Below, piece after piece: positions 9,108-20,632 of a stretch of DNA of 48,789 nucleotides. The position numbers and the translations under genes were made by a program. The stretch covers positions 1 through 48,789 of the forward strand of contig CAZDIS010000001.1 of assembly GCA_964505585.1 (NCBI GenBank), in the 5' to 3' direction. The notes under the pieces were generated by a model, which did no database searches, had not been told where the DNA came from, and saw only the letters and a program-made list of their open reading frames with translations. Origin of the DNA: an uncultured Pelolinea sp. Lineage in GTDB: Bacteria; Chloroflexota; Anaerolineae; Anaerolineales; Anaerolineaceae. Position 1 is the stretch's first letter. Each line of letters starts with the position of its first letter.

Positions 9108-10439
9108 ATGGACCATTCAACTAATAAGAAAACACAGCCCCTTAAGCGCCTTGGATTCCATTATTTTCAAGACGAGGAAAAGTATTCGCTTGATGATGCC
9201 AGTTTGTGGTCTCAAAGACTTAAAGCGTTGCATGCGGATTGGTTAGTCCTAAAAAACCCGCGTGGCCGCGCCATTCCAGAAGATTTTATTCGAGCCCTTG
9301 CAAAACAAAATATAAAAATCATCATTGATTTCAATATAAAAATCGGTGATTTTGAAAATTTATCTGAAATTGAAATACTCCTGGAAGTGTATGGAAAATG
9401 GGGTGTGCGATACGCCTGTTTATTTAATCATCCAAATATCAAAAAATCATGGGGAGCTACAAAATGGATTGAAAATGATATCGTTGCTACCCATGCTGAA
9501 TATTTCATTAATTTTGCAGATACCTGCGTGAAAAATCATATTCAACCGATTTTTTCGCCGCTTTTCCCCGGTGGGGATTATCCAGATACCGCATTTTTGG
9601 AACGTTCACTGCAGATTATCTCCCAGAAATCCAGTGAACTCATTTTGGATCATTTAGTATTATCCTGTTTTGGTTGGTTAGCGGACCAATATCCTGAAAA
9701 GAACAAAGTCATTAAATCAAAATTAACAGACCCCCACTTTTTTCAATCCAATTTTTCGCGAAACCATCTCCGCGGTTTCCGTTTATTTGAAAGGTACTCG
9801 GCGATTTCTGTCAAAGTGCTCGGATGTAAAAAACCTGTCATCCTTTTCCAAACGGGGTGCATCAGGGAGAGCCGGGCAGAACCTCGTTCTGGGGGAACAG
9901 ATTGGCAGCGATCCATCCAAACAATAATAAAACTCTCGGCGGGTGAGAATGTCTTTGAGAATGAAGAATCCAGCCGCCTTATCGCACCTATTGGCTCTGA
10001 AGTAATAGCTGTTTGTATTTACCTGTTATCGGCAGAAGAAAAATCAACCACCAGTGCATATCGCTGGTTTACTCAGGATGGGAATGCGCTTCCAATCTCA
10101 AAATTTTTTCTATCTCAGGAGTATGCAGAAAACTTCAAAAACCCTAAGACCAAAAATAAAAGTACTGACCGCACGAATTTTAAATACCAACGCTATGTTT
10201 TTATAGACCCTTCACTCAATTCAAAAATGCAAGGCCTTTTAGAACAGCTCACACCTTATATCAAACGCCATAAACCGATGATTGGATTTTCAATGCTTGA
10301 GGGCGCAAATGCAGCTTATCTTATTGTTATTACTGAAAATAAGACGAAATTCCTCGAAGCGAATAGCCACCTTCTGCCAGAAGGAAATATTTACAAAATC
10401 ATATCGACAGCCAATCTGCACGAAATTATTTCGGAGTAA
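9108..10439 (+). CDS. Hypothetical protein, possibly a degenerate glycoside-hydrolase-like TIM barrel with a small C-terminal domain
   Basis: 443-aa ORF with LGFHYF, LFNHPN and PVILFQTG at positions reminiscent of clan-A GH motifs but lacking the Glu residues. 6-nt gap to the ftsZ-like gene. Confidence 0.5.
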   Translation: MDHSTNKKTQPLKRLGFHYFQDEEKYSLDDASLWSQRLKALHADWLVLKNPRGRAIPEDFIRALAKQNIKIIIDFNIKIGDFENLSEIEILLEVYGKWGVRYACLFNHPNIKKSWGATKWIENDIVATHAEYFINFADTCVKNHIQPIFSPLFPGGDYPDTAFLERSLQIISQKSSELILDHLVLSCFGWLADQYPEKNKVIKSKLTDPHFFQSNFSRNHLRGFRLFERYSAISVKVLGCKKPVILFQTGCIRESRAEPRSGGTDWQRSIQTIIKLSAGENVFENEESSRLIAPIGSEVIAVCIYLLSAEEKSTTSAYRWFTQDGNALPISKFFLSQEYAENFKNPKTKNKSTDRTNFKYQRYVFIDPSLNSKMQGLLEQLTPYIKRHKPMIGFSMLEGANAAYLIVITENKTKFLEANSHLLPEGNIYKIISTANLHEIISE

Positions 10440-10445
10440 AAAACA

Positions 10446-11561
10446 ATGATAACGGTAAATGAAGAACCAGCGAGTGCGTCCATAAAAGTATTTGGATTCG
10501 GGGGTTGCGGATGTAATACCATTTCTACACTATATGATAGCTTTCATTCGTGCAACATCAAATTAATTGCAGCCAATACCGATTTCTTTACACTTACTCG
10601 ATCCAAAGCGCATAAGAGGATTCGATTGGGTGCTGAAATCTGTAAAGGTTTAGGCGCTGGAGGCGATGTAAATTTAGGCCGAATGGCATCCGAAGAAACA
10701 TGGAGAGAATTAATATCGGCAATGCGGGGAGCGTCCTTGGTTTTCCTTACCGCGGGTATGGGCGGCGGAACTGGTTCAGGCGCGATAGAAATAGCCGCAA
10801 GAATTGCCCGGTCATTGGACATACCCACTATCGCATTTATTTCTTTGCCGTTCTCGTTTGAATCTGAAAGAAGAAAATCAAACGCGTATGAGGCCACCAT
10901 CAGATTGAAGTCATTTGCAAATACCTTGATCTCCATTCCAAATGATAAGTTATTATCGATTGGAAACAAAGCATCCCCTTTACATGAGATCTTTAAAATC
11001 GCAGATACGCAACAGGAAAATTTTATTTCTGGATTATTGGATCTCATTGCATATAGCAACGGGATGCACATCGACTTATCTTACATTATGCACAGTCTTT
11101 CGAAGGGAGATAGTGCCTTCATATTTACCGGTGTTGGCCGTGAACCAGGAAAAATTGACATGACCCTTGAGAACATTTTAAAGACAACCCTTCTTGATCC
11201 TGAGCAGTTAAAAAATGCTGATCGTGCGATCATAAAATTAACCGGCAATCTTCGATTAGAAGATGTTCAATCTGCAATATCATACCTGAAGTCAAAAATA
11301 AATAAGTCCCTAGAGGTTTCGCCGATCGTGGTTCCATATGACATTAATCACGATGGTGTACGTATTTCCATTTTACTTACCGGTCTTGGTGCAACTCCAA
11401 TCGCCTATCCGCAATCATGGCTGCAAAAACATGAAAAAGATTTTTCGCCCGAGTTTCAAAACTCCTCTAAAGTGCAGAGTCAAAAAAGCCATCAACCTGA
11501 GGCAATTGAAGATATACTGGAAGTACCGGCATACTTGCGCAAAAAACAGAACTTGGATTGA
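10446..11561 (+). CDS. ftsZ: FtsZ-family tubulin-like GTPase, divergent (possible paralog)
   Basis: IKVFGFGGCG, ANTD, GLGAGG, AGMGGGTGSG signature, PFSFE, IPNDKLL, C-terminal DILEVPAYLRK; T7 loop degenerate. Confidence 0.85.
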   Translation: MITVNEEPASASIKVFGFGGCGCNTISTLYDSFHSCNIKLIAANTDFFTLTRSKAHKRIRLGAEICKGLGAGGDVNLGRMASEETWRELISAMRGASLVFLTAGMGGGTGSGAIEIAARIARSLDIPTIAFISLPFSFESERRKSNAYEATIRLKSFANTLISIPNDKLLSIGNKASPLHEIFKIADTQQENFISGLLDLIAYSNGMHIDLSYIMHSLSKGDSAFIFTGVGREPGKIDMTLENILKTTLLDPEQLKNADRAIIKLTGNLRLEDVQSAISYLKSKINKSLEVSPIVVPYDINHDGVRISILLTGLGATPIAYPQSWLQKHEKDFSPEFQNSSKVQSQKSHQPEAIEDILEVPAYLRKKQNLD

Positions 11562-11575
11562 GAGAGTGTTAGTTC

Positions 11576-11794
11576 ATGAATAAAGATCAAATAAATGCAA
11601 TTAATAACGAAATAATTCGTAAATTCCCTTATCTATCGGACTCTACCCCGAAAATAACGGAATTACCTGATGGACGCAACGAGTTGTTATATTCCCAGAC
11701 AGTTGAAACAACCAGTCAAGTACCCCTGCCGATTTCCATCAAAGTCATCGTATCGCGCGATGGCGAAATATTGAAAATCATTTCATCAAAATAA
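11576..11794 (+). CDS. Small hypothetical protein (72 aa)
   Basis: Fills the gap between ftsZ and mvaD in the same orientation, with 14- and 8-nt spacers. Confidence 0.7.
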   Translation: MNKDQINAINNEIIRKFPYLSDSTPKITELPDGRNELLYSQTVETTSQVPLPISIKVIVSRDGEILKIISSK

Positions 11795-11802
11795 GATACC
11801 AC

Positions 11803-12783
11803 GTGAATAATACGTCCACAGCCCTGGCCCATCCGAATATAGCGTTTATCAAATATTGGGGCAATGCATTTCCAAGTTTGCGGCTCCCATCAAATAGCTC
11901 AATCTCAATGAATTTAGAGAGACTAGAGACGATAACGACAGTATCATTACGGGAAAATAAGAGCAACCATATTCTGGAAATAAATGGCGTTCTTCAGGAG
12001 CCCGGGAAAATAAGACGCCTTGATTCATTCCTTTCTCAAGCAGGAATGTTATTTGGGTTCCATGGTTCTCTACGTATCAAAAGCGTAAACAACTTTCCAA
12101 TGGCAGCTGGCATCGCTTCGTCAGCATCTGCTTATGCCGCGCTTGCAGTTGCGATAAACGATTATTATGCTCTTCAGCTTTCACAAAAGGAAATGACTAC
12201 TCTCGCTAGATTGGGATCGGGCTCCGCGTGCCGTTCGATTCCCGATGGCTTTGTAGAATGGCAAAAAGGAAATTCACATAAAACATCGTTTGCTTTTACG
12301 ATCGCAGACAAGACACACTGGGATCTTTATGATTGCATCCTCGTAGTAAGTTCTGACCAGAAGAAGATCAGCTCAACGGAAGGTCATGAAAGAGCATCAA
12401 CCAGTCCCTATCAATCGACTAGAATACACGACACGCAGCGCCGCCTCGATTTATGCCGCACCGCTATAAAACATAAAGATTTTGAAAAACTTGCTGATAC
12501 CATTGAACTTGATAGTGATATGATGCACGCTGTAATGATGACCTCATCCCCCCCTATTATTTACTGGCAACCCGCATCTATCGCAATAATGCAAGAAGTG
12601 CGGTTACTTCGTCATAAAGGGGTAGCATGTGCATATACAATGGATGCGGGGCCGAACGTGCACATCATCTGTCCAAAGGACGAAGTAAAAATTGTAGAAA
12701 ATGCATTTCAGGACTTTCCAGGAATCCATCAAATTCTCATCGCAAAATCCGGCGGCGAAGCACACAAACTCAACAGCAAGTGA
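11803..12783 (+). CDS. mvaD: Mevalonate (di)phosphate decarboxylase, GHMP family
   Basis: AHPNIAFIKYWG, NNFPMAAGIASSAS, RLGSGSACRS, YTMDAGPNVH. Confidence 0.92.
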   Translation: MNNTSTALAHPNIAFIKYWGNAFPSLRLPSNSSISMNLERLETITTVSLRENKSNHILEINGVLQEPGKIRRLDSFLSQAGMLFGFHGSLRIKSVNNFPMAAGIASSASAYAALAVAINDYYALQLSQKEMTTLARLGSGSACRSIPDGFVEWQKGNSHKTSFAFTIADKTHWDLYDCILVVSSDQKKISSTEGHERASTSPYQSTRIHDTQRRLDLCRTAIKHKDFEKLADTIELDSDMMHAVMMTSSPPIIYWQPASIAIMQEVRLLRHKGVACAYTMDAGPNVHIICPKDEVKIVENAFQDFPGIHQILIAKSGGEAHKLNSK

Positions 12784-12829
12784 TGGTGAAATTTATATAT
12801 TTTTTATAACACGTTAGTTTCACGCGCAG

Positions 12830-12835
12830 TATAAT
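12830..12835 (+). promoter_or_regulatory. -10 box 7 nt before the rseP ATG; probable leaderless promoter
   Basis: TATAAT-CGCTACC-ATG with no SD. Confidence 0.55.
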
Positions 12836-12842
12836 CGCTACC

Positions 12843-13916
12843 ATGAACAACTTTTCGCTTATCTTTGAATTCATTATCTCTTTGAGTCTACTGCTTTTCG
12901 TCCATGAACTGGGTCATTATTTGATCGGTAAATGGATGGGCATCAAGGCTGAAGAATTTGGATTTGGTTATCCGCCCAAACTTATTAAATTATTTACCTG
13001 GAAAGGCACAGATTTTACATTAAATTTGATCCCTTTCGGTGCATTTGTCAGATTCTCTGGTGAAGAAGACCCGTCCGTTGAAAACGGTTTTTATACAGCA
13101 AACAAATGGAAAAGATTAGCCACGTTGCTGGCTGGTCCTGTGATGAATATTCTTACCGGCATCCTTCTATTCAGTCTTGTTGTGTCTCAGACGGGTATGC
13201 CAAAAACAGATACTGTGGAGATAATTGAAATCGCAACAGGATCTCCAGCAGATGAGGTTGGGCTGATGCCAGGAGACATCATAAACGAGATTGATGGAAT
13301 TGTCGTGGATAGTATGGCAAAAGTCGGCCAGCTGGTACAAGAACGCCTGGGTACACCCATCCAAATGCGTGTCCTGCGGGATGATAAAGAATTTACATAC
13401 AAGGTTACACCTCGTGAAAATCCGCCTGAAGGAGAAGGATCGATCGGGATTGTAATGAGAAATCCCACCGTAAAAGTGGGTATTTTGAATGCTATCCCAA
13501 TCGGTGGAGAAATCGCGGTTCAACAGGTACGGCAAATACTTTCTGTCCCCGGCATGCTCCTGCGTGGTGAAGTCGCAACGGAAGAGGCGCGTATGCTTTC
13601 TCCGATTGGGATTTACGATGTTTATTCGCAGGTGCGTCAGGAAGATGAAACAACTGCACCTCCTGATTATGCACGCTGGTTGGATACGGCGTGGTTTTTT
13701 GGTGTAATATCTGTTTCACTGGGTTTTTCAAATCTACTCCCCATCCCGGCACTCGATGGCGGACGCATCCTATTTATCCTTCCAGAAATTTTCTTTAAAA
13801 AGCGGGTGCCAGCGAAATATGAAAATCTCATTCATTTTGTTGGTTATGTAAGTTTATTGGCCCTGATGGGCTATGTTTTCTACCAGGATATATTCAACCC
13901 AATTGTGTTACCATAA
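12843..13916 (+). CDS. rseP: RIP zinc metalloprotease RseP (M50 family, with PDZ domain)
   Basis: HELGH, LAGPVMN, PDZ segment (GSPADEVGLMPGDII), NLLPIPALDGG. Confidence 0.93.
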   Translation: MNNFSLIFEFIISLSLLLFVHELGHYLIGKWMGIKAEEFGFGYPPKLIKLFTWKGTDFTLNLIPFGAFVRFSGEEDPSVENGFYTANKWKRLATLLAGPVMNILTGILLFSLVVSQTGMPKTDTVEIIEIATGSPADEVGLMPGDIINEIDGIVVDSMAKVGQLVQERLGTPIQMRVLRDDKEFTYKVTPRENPPEGEGSIGIVMRNPTVKVGILNAIPIGGEIAVQQVRQILSVPGMLLRGEVATEEARMLSPIGIYDVYSQVRQEDETTAPPDYARWLDTAWFFGVISVSLGFSNLLPIPALDGGRILFILPEIFFKKRVPAKYENLIHFVGYVSLLALMGYVFYQDIFNPIVLP

Positions 13917-13921
13917 TATTT

Positions 13922-14884
13922 ATGATGGCAGATATACCACTATCTTTATCTTCTTCTAATAATATGGAAAAAATCCTCCTTGAGGAAACAGAGCCATTCA
14001 GCCCACAGTTTTTGCAGCTCTTTTCGGATATTTCACCGCAAGATTTGAAGATGGTTAAAAACATATGGTCTAAAGTCTCCCGGGAACGAAAATCCGCCTT
14101 ACTTATTGACCTTGAAAAATTGATGCGCGTTGATACCCTTGTTTCCTGTGATGACTTTGGATTATACGCTCTTGATGATGATGATCCAACAGTCAAAAGT
14201 CTTGCGATCGACTTATTATGGGAATGTTCCGACTTGAATCTCGCTTCTCGTTTTATAAAAATCCTCGAGGAAGATAAAGACCCCGAGCTTTCTGCTGCCG
14301 CTGCTTCGGGATTAGGGAAATTCGTACTTTTAGGCGAACTAGAAGAAATTCCCGCGGACACCGCTAAAAAGATATTGGACACCCTGGTAAAAAAATACCT
14401 TTCAAATGGTGATCAAAGGCTAAAGCAAAGTATCTTGGAATCACTCGGTTATGTCAGCAATTCTCAAATTGATGGCTTTATCAAAGAAGCGATCCAAAAA
14501 CCGGAAAAGGATTGGATTTTATCTGCACTTTTTGCAATCGGAAGATCCGCAAACACCGATTGGTCAAAAACCGTTCTTGAAAAATTGGACGACCTTGATC
14601 CTGAGGTGCAATTGGAAGCGATCAAAGCTGCAGGCGAACTGGAAATATCGGAGGCAAAAGAAATAATTTCTGAAATTCTGGAAGGATCCTCTCCAGAAGA
14701 TGAAATTCATTTGCAGAGCATCTGGTCATTGTCAATGATTGGCGGGAATGACGTGTTGAAACTTTTCAACAAACTTTATGATTCAAGCGATAGTGAAAAA
14801 GAAACCGCGATGCTTGAAATGGCAATGGATAATCTTGAACTTACCAATAGCTTTGATGAATTAGATATTTTCGACGAGGATTAG
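13922..14884 (+). CDS. HEAT/PBS-lyase repeat protein
   Basis: Repeated LDDDDPTVKSLAIDLL, LEEDKDPELSAAAASGLG and LDDLDPEVQLEAIKAAGEL helical units. Confidence 0.8.
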   Translation: MMADIPLSLSSSNNMEKILLEETEPFSPQFLQLFSDISPQDLKMVKNIWSKVSRERKSALLIDLEKLMRVDTLVSCDDFGLYALDDDDPTVKSLAIDLLWECSDLNLASRFIKILEEDKDPELSAAAASGLGKFVLLGELEEIPADTAKKILDTLVKKYLSNGDQRLKQSILESLGYVSNSQIDGFIKEAIQKPEKDWILSALFAIGRSANTDWSKTVLEKLDDLDPEVQLEAIKAAGELEISEAKEIISEILEGSSPEDEIHLQSIWSLSMIGGNDVLKLFNKLYDSSDSEKETAMLEMAMDNLELTNSFDELDIFDED

Positions 14885-14895
14885 TTTCCATACGC

Positions 14896-15180
14896 ATGGA
14901 AGAAAGACGCGTCCATTTGGTCATTAAAGGTAGGGTACAGGGGGTCGGTTTCCGCTATTTCACATACATGAATGGAATTAACCTGCAACTAAAGGGATGG
15001 GTGCGAAACCGTTCAAACGGCGATGTTGAAATCCTGGCTGAAGGAGCGAACGACAAACTGTATGATCTGATCCGAAAAGTCAGGCAGGGTCCAGATATGG
15101 CCACGGTGCTTGATATCGAAATTGATTGGGATGAAGCAAAGGGCGACCTGCCAGCATTCACTATTTTAAACACAAAGTAG
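14896..15180 (+). CDS. acyP: Acylphosphatase
   Basis: GRVQGVGFRY, GWVRNRSNGDVE. Confidence 0.95.
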   Translation: MEERRVHLVIKGRVQGVGFRYFTYMNGINLQLKGWVRNRSNGDVEILAEGANDKLYDLIRKVRQGPDMATVLDIEIDWDEAKGDLPAFTILNTK

Positions 15181-15185
15181 AAAAA

Positions 15186-17228
15186 TCAATCTTCCCCAGA
15201 AATAATTGAAATTCTTTCCCATGGGGTAACATCGCTTACATCTGCCAACATTTTTCGCAATTCATAAACCTGATCTCGCAAAACAGCCGCTCGTTCAAAT
15301 TCCAAAGATTCAGCTGCCTTCTTCATCCGTCCTTCCGTTTCACCGATCAGCTTTTTCAATTCCTTATTTGGCAGTGATGATAATTGGCCATCCACAGTGT
15401 ATTCTGCGCTCTCTTCAGCAATATAGGACGCACCTGAGAGCCTTGCGGTTATATCATAGATCTCTTTGACAATGGTAAAAGGTTCGAGATGATGCTCTAG
15501 ATTGTAAGCTTCCTGCTTTTCTCTTCTGCGGTTTGTCTCATCAATTGCCTGCCGCATGGCATCAGTGATCTTATCAGCATACATGATCACTTTACCCTCC
15601 ACGTTTCTTGCGGCGCGGCCGATCGTTTGGATCAGCGCAGTTGCAGAACGCAGGAATCCCTGTTTGTCTGCATCCAAAATTGCGACCAGAGAGACCTCCG
15701 GTAAATCCAACCCTTCTCTCAGGAGATTAATTCCAACAATCACATCGTAAACACCCAACCGTAAATCCCGCAGGATTCCGACACGATCCAGCGTATCCAC
15801 TTCCGAATGTAAATAGTGAACGTTAATATCCAGTTCCTTTAAATACTCTGCAAGATCTTCACTCATCCGCTTTGTAAGAGTTGTTACAAGCACACGTTCC
15901 TTTTTAGCTACCCTGCTGCGGATTTCACCAATCAGATCGTCAACCTGGCCGCGCACTGGGCGGACAATGATCTCCGGATCTACCAAGCCGGTTGGCCTGA
16001 TGATCTGTTCAACAATTTGATCCGCTTTTTCTAATTCATATGATCCTGGTGTAGCAGATGTGTAAATCGTATATCCCATTTTTGTTTCAAATTCCTCAAA
16101 CATCAGGGGACGGTTATCCAGCGCGGATGGAAGGCGAAAGCCATATTCGACCAGCGTTCCTTTACGCGAGCGGTCCCCATTATACATTCCACGTATCTGT
16201 GGAACCGTCATATGCGACTCATCCAAAATCAACAAGTAGTCAGATGGTAAAAAATCCATCAATGTCCAGGGGGGGGAACCTTTTGGACGCTGGTCTAAAT
16301 GACGGGAGTAATTTTCTATCCCAGAACAATACCCAATTTCTCGTAGCATTTCAAGATCAAAACGTGTGCGTTGTTCGAGGCGTTGTGCCTCCAATAATTT
16401 TTCTTCGCTTTTTAATCGTGAAAGATTCTGTTCTAATTCAGCTTCAATATCAGAAATGGCCTGTTTTAAACGTTCTTCCTCGGTGATGAAATGCTTGGCA
16501 GGGTAGATCTCAACATGGTCCAATTCCTGAAGGATCTCTCCGGTAACAGGATGTATGGATAAAATCCTTTCAATTTCATCCCCAAAAAATGTTATGCGAT
16601 AAGAAAGGTCTTTTTCATAGGCAGGATAGATATCCAGCGTATCTCCACGCAATCTAAAAACTCCCGGTCGTAGCTCGATATCATTGCGCGAGTAATGTTC
16701 TTCGATAAGCTGGCGCAGAAGCACATTCCTCCGATAGATCTCACCGCGCTCTAATTTGATTACAACACTGCTGTATGCTTCTGGATTTCCAAGCCCGTAT
16801 ATCGCAGAAACAGATGCGACAATAATGACATCACTTCTCGATACCAGCGCTGTTGTCGCCGCCAGACGCAACCTTTCGATCTCCTCATTGATATCAGTTT
16901 CTTTTTCAATATAAAGATCCTGTCTGGGCACATACGCCTCAGGCTGATAATAATCATAATATGACACGAAATATTCGACTGCGTTATCCGGAAAGAATTC
17001 CTTGAATTCAGCATATAACTGTGCGGCCAGTGTTTTATTATGCGCCATTACCAGGGCAGGCATCTGCAATTCGTTGATGATATTGGCGATCGTAAATGTT
17101 TTTCCAGTCCCTGTTGCACCCAGTAAAACCTGATCCCGAAAATCCTGTTTGACACCGTTGATTAGTGAATTAATAGCTTCCGGCTGGTCCCCCATCGGCT
17201 TGTAAGGGGCGTGCAGATCAAATGTCAT
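15186..17228 (-). CDS. uvrB: Excinuclease ABC subunit B
   Basis: [43 protein letters not shown]-terminal UVR coiled coil. Confidence 0.98.
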   Translation of the reverse strand: MTFDLHAPYKPMGDQPEAINSLINGVKQDFRDQVLLGATGTGKTFTIANIINELQMPALVMAHNKTLAAQLYAEFKEFFPDNAVEYFVSYYDYYQPEAYVPRQDLYIEKETDINEEIERLRLAATTALVSRSDVIIVASVSAIYGLGNPEAYSSVVIKLERGEIYRRNVLLRQLIEEHYSRNDIELRPGVFRLRGDTLDIYPAYEKDLSYRITFFGDEIERILSIHPVTGEILQELDHVEIYPAKHFITEEERLKQAISDIEAELEQNLSRLKSEEKLLEAQRLEQRTRFDLEMLREIGYCSGIENYSRHLDQRPKGSPPWTLMDFLPSDYLLILDESHMTVPQIRGMYNGDRSRKGTLVEYGFRLPSALDNRPLMFEEFETKMGYTIYTSATPGSYELEKADQIVEQIIRPTGLVDPEIIVRPVRGQVDDLIGEIRSRVAKKERVLVTTLTKRMSEDLAEYLKELDINVHYLHSEVDTLDRVGILRDLRLGVYDVIVGINLLREGLDLPEVSLVAILDADKQGFLRSATALIQTIGRAARNVEGKVIMYADKITDAMRQAIDETNRRREKQEAYNLEHHLEPFTIVKEIYDITARLSGASYIAEESAEYTVDGQLSSLPNKELKKLIGETEGRMKKAAESLEFERAAVLRDQVYELRKMLADVSDVTPWERISIISGED

Positions 17229-20200
17229 TTCAAATCCTTTATTTTTTCTTTGAGGTCATCTAAGATTTTCAATAATCGAAGGTCAAACTGATTCTCATTC
17301 TCAAATGGTATCCAATAAGCCTGTTTGCCTCGGCGCACCTTACCGCCGAGATCCGGCAAAGGTTCCTCGTACTTACTTTCACCAGCATTGGAAAATCGCA
17401 GGACAATATGATTATTCTCAAACGAGATCGATTGAAGTCCGATCTCCTGTGCTTTCAATTTTATCCGCATTTGATAGATCAGATTTAGGACATGCTCTGG
17501 CAGATCCCCAAAGCGATCAACTAATTCGTTTTTAATATCTGATAATCCCTCCTCTGTATCAATTTCAGCAATACGACGGTAGAGCGATAAGCGAAGAGAT
17601 TCATCCTTGATATAGGATGAAGGAATTAGGGCATTGATCGGCAATTCAATGCTTACCGATGGTTTTATTTTTCTGGCGCCTAAAATACTATCCAATTTTT
17701 GACCTACATCCTGCCCTTTTTTCAGATCCTGGACAGCTTCTGTTAGAAGTCGAGTATAAAGATGAAAACCGACTGTTGCGATATACCCGTGCTGCTCAGC
17801 GCCCAGAAGATCCCCGGCACCGCGCATCTCAAGATCACGCATGGCGATAGAATATCCCGCGCCCAGTTGTGTATTCTCTGCAATGACTTCAAGCCGTTCT
17901 AATCCCTCCGGTGTGGGCCCCTTCTTCTGGTGGTGAAAGAAGTATGCGTAAGCCCGCGATGATCCGCGACCAACCCTGCCTCGCAGCTGGTAAAGCTGTG
18001 CGAGCCCAAAAGTGTCGGCGCGGTCCAAAATCAGGGTATTTGCGTTCGGAATATCGAGCCCAGATTCAATGATCGATGTAGAGAGAAGGATATCGATTTC
18101 GCCGGCAGTGAATTTATTCATCACATTTGCCAATAATTTTTCTTTCATCTGCCCATGGGCAATGCCGATCTTGGCTTCAGGAACTAATGCTTCCAAACGA
18201 TGCGCGACGACGCGAATAGATTGCACTCGATTATGCACAAAAAACACCTGCCCGCCCCGATCAATTTCCCGAAGAATAGCCCTGCGCACTATCTTTTTAT
18301 CATAAGGGCCTGTAAAAGTTTGAACAGGCAAACGTTCCGCGGGAGGGGAATTGATCACAGAAATATCCCGAATACCCGCCAGAGCCATGTACAGGGTGCG
18401 TGGAATCGGCGTTGCTGTCAATGTTAGAACATCAATTTGTTGGCGCATTTGTTTAAAATATTCTTTATGCGCGACTCCGAACCGCTGCTCCTCATCTATG
18501 ACCAGCAAACCAAGCTGCTTAAATTCTACATCGGCCTGAAGCAGCCGGTGTGTCCCAATTACAATGTCCAGCTCCCCGGCAGCCAGCGCGCGCAGGATCT
18601 TCGTTTGCTCAGCGGGAGTCCGGAATCGAGATAGCATTTCAATCTTTACGGGAAATGGTGCCAGGCGATTTTTAAAGGTTTGGAAATGCTGCTGAGCGAG
18701 CACGGTGGTAGGGACAAGCATTGCAGTTTGTTTGTTATCCATAACAGCTTTGAAAGCAGCTCTAATCGCCACTTCGGTTTTTCCATATCCGACATCGCCG
18801 CACAGGAGGCGGTCCATCGGCTGTGCTTCTTCCATATCCGCTTTCACTTCATTGATTGCGCGGATTTGGTCCTCTGTCTCCTGATAAGGGAAACTTGATT
18901 CCAGGGCAATCTGCCACTCCGAATCTTCTCCAAACGCATATCCTTCAATAGTCTGCCGCTTTGCATACAATGCAAGCAGATCATAGGCAATTGCCTTTAC
19001 CGCTCTGCGAGCCCGCTGGCGGTTATTCTTCCATGTCTCTGACCCCAGTTTCGAGAGTCTGGGTTTGCGGTTGTCTGGCCCGATATAATAGGTGATCCTA
19101 TCAGCCTGTTGGACAGGCACGAACAGTTCGTCATTATCCGCGAAATGGAGTAAAAGATAATCACGCTCAACATCTTCGATGGATCGATGGACCAAACCGG
19201 AAAACAACGCGATGCCATAATCAACATGCACCACATGATCACCAGGCGAAAAGTCAAAAAAGAGGTTATCCTGAACGGATATCGCACGCGGTTTTTGCCT
19301 GCGTGGCTGCGGTAATTCCCAACCAAATAATTCGCTGTCAGTAAAAAGCAGAACGATAGAACCATCCGGATAGCTGACCTTCCAACCCGAATTCAAACTG
19401 CCGTCAATATAGGTAATAGATCGTTCAAGATCCGCGCTGATAAATTGTTCTCTTTGAATTTCTTTGACACGATCGCACTGCTTGGAAACAATAAAAACTT
19501 CTTCGATTTTCTCCTGCGAGTCGACTAAATACTTAAAAAGATCAACGATACGGCTGCCAAAACGTGGGCTTGGAGAAAAAAATTGTGAAATAACATGGCC
19601 GCTTTCTTCCAAAGGAAATCCGAGATCGATCGCGCTGCGATAAGAAAGCGCATCCATCAGTTCTGACCACGAAAAATACGGTGCGGGAAAATTTGATTGT
19701 ATCAGACCGGCTGAAATATTTTCATCACGGATCTTTAAGGATTGCGTTTCGATTTCTTCAGCAGTCGCTTTTAATGAAGATGCATTATCAAAAATAATAA
19801 TTGCATCCTTTGGTAGATAATTAATGACCGAACCAGCGCCGGGATATTGCGATGATATAAAAAATTCCGCCAATTCAGATGACAGGTGCTCTTGCAATGG
19901 ATTCTCATCATCAATTAATACTTCTCGTGCGGGTGGGATGACAATCTCCCTGATCATCTCAGTTGAACGCTGCGAAGCCGGGTCAAAATGCCGCATGGTT
20001 TCGATCTCATCACCAAAGAATTCTATTCGGATCGGTTGATTGCAATTCACCGGCCAAACATCGAGGATTCCCCCCCGCCTGGAAAATTGCCCGCCAGCAG
20101 TAACAATTTCAACCGGTTCATGGTTTAGAATAACCAACTTGCTAATGATTGAATTTAGATCATCCACTAGCCCCACCCGCAGGGGAAGCAAATGCTTGAT

Positions 20201-20632
20201 GAAATCCCTGCGCGGGATCGTTTTTGTCATCACCGATTTCACGGAGCTGAAGATCACGGCGGGATTAGATTTTTCCCTTAATGCTGGATGAAAATTTTTG
20301 GCAAGGTTAAAAAGTGCGTCAATCCGGTCAAACCTGGTGCCAAGATCCCATTCGGCCCGTTCAAAAAATAATGGCGAGGGTTCTGGAAATATTAGCTGCG
20401 ATTCAGAGTGGCTCCAAAATGCGTATTCATTATGCATTGATCGCAATCTATCCGATTTCGATGTGACAAAAAGGATTGTTTTATTCAGTTCTTTCTGAAG
20501 ATCAGCGAGGAAAGGGAGGCGCACTGCCCGCGGAAGACTGAGCAGTGTCTGTTCTTCACCGGATAAATAAGTATTTAGAAGTGTTTCATAACCGGGTATT
20601 CGCTTGAAATCTATCAAATGCTGATTATTCAT
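17225..20632 (-). CDS. mfd: Transcription-repair coupling factor
   Basis: UvrB-homology module (RRGGILDVW), RID ([10 protein letters not shown]), [26 protein letters not shown] motif RDLEMRGAG. Confidence 0.97.
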   Translation of the reverse strand: MNNQHLIDFKRIPGYETLLNTYLSGEEQTLLSLPRAVRLPFLADLQKELNKTILFVTSKSDRLRSMHNEYAFWSHSESQLIFPEPSPLFFERAEWDLGTRFDRIDALFNLAKNFHPALREKSNPAVIFSSVKSVMTKTIPRRDFIKHLLPLRVGLVDDLNSIISKLVILNHEPVEIVTAGGQFSRRGGILDVWPVNCNQPIRIEFFGDEIETMRHFDPASQRSTEMIREIVIPPAREVLIDDENPLQEHLSSELAEFFISSQYPGAGSVINYLPKDAIIIFDNASSLKATAEEIETQSLKIRDENISAGLIQSNFPAPYFSWSELMDALSYRSAIDLGFPLEESGHVISQFFSPSPRFGSRIVDLFKYLVDSQEKIEEVFIVSKQCDRVKEIQREQFISADLERSITYIDGSLNSGWKVSYPDGSIVLLFTDSELFGWELPQPRRQKPRAISVQDNLFFDFSPGDHVVHVDYGIALFSGLVHRSIEDVERDYLLLHFADNDELFVPVQQADRITYYIGPDNRKPRLSKLGSETWKNNRQRARRAVKAIAYDLLALYAKRQTIEGYAFGEDSEWQIALESSFPYQETEDQIRAINEVKADMEEAQPMDRLLCGDVGYGKTEVAIRAAFKAVMDNKQTAMLVPTTVLAQQHFQTFKNRLAPFPVKIEMLSRFRTPAEQTKILRALAAGELDIVIGTHRLLQADVEFKQLGLLVIDEEQRFGVAHKEYFKQMRQQIDVLTLTATPIPRTLYMALAGIRDISVINSPPAERLPVQTFTGPYDKKIVRRAILREIDRGGQVFFVHNRVQSIRVVAHRLEALVPEAKIGIAHGQMKEKLLANVMNKFTAGEIDILLSTSIIESGLDIPNANTLILDRADTFGLAQLYQLRGRVGRGSSRAYAYFFHHQKKGPTPEGLERLEVIAENTQLGAGYSIAMRDLEMRGAGDLLGAEQHGYIATVGFHLYTRLLTEAVQDLKKGQDVGQKLDSILGARKIKPSVSIELPINALIPSSYIKDESLRLSLYRRIAEIDTEEGLSDIKNELVDRFGDLPEHVLNLIYQMRIKLKAQEIGLQSISFENNHIVLRFSNAGESKYEEPLPDLGGKVRRGKQAYWIPFENENQFDLRLLKILDDLKEKIKDLK

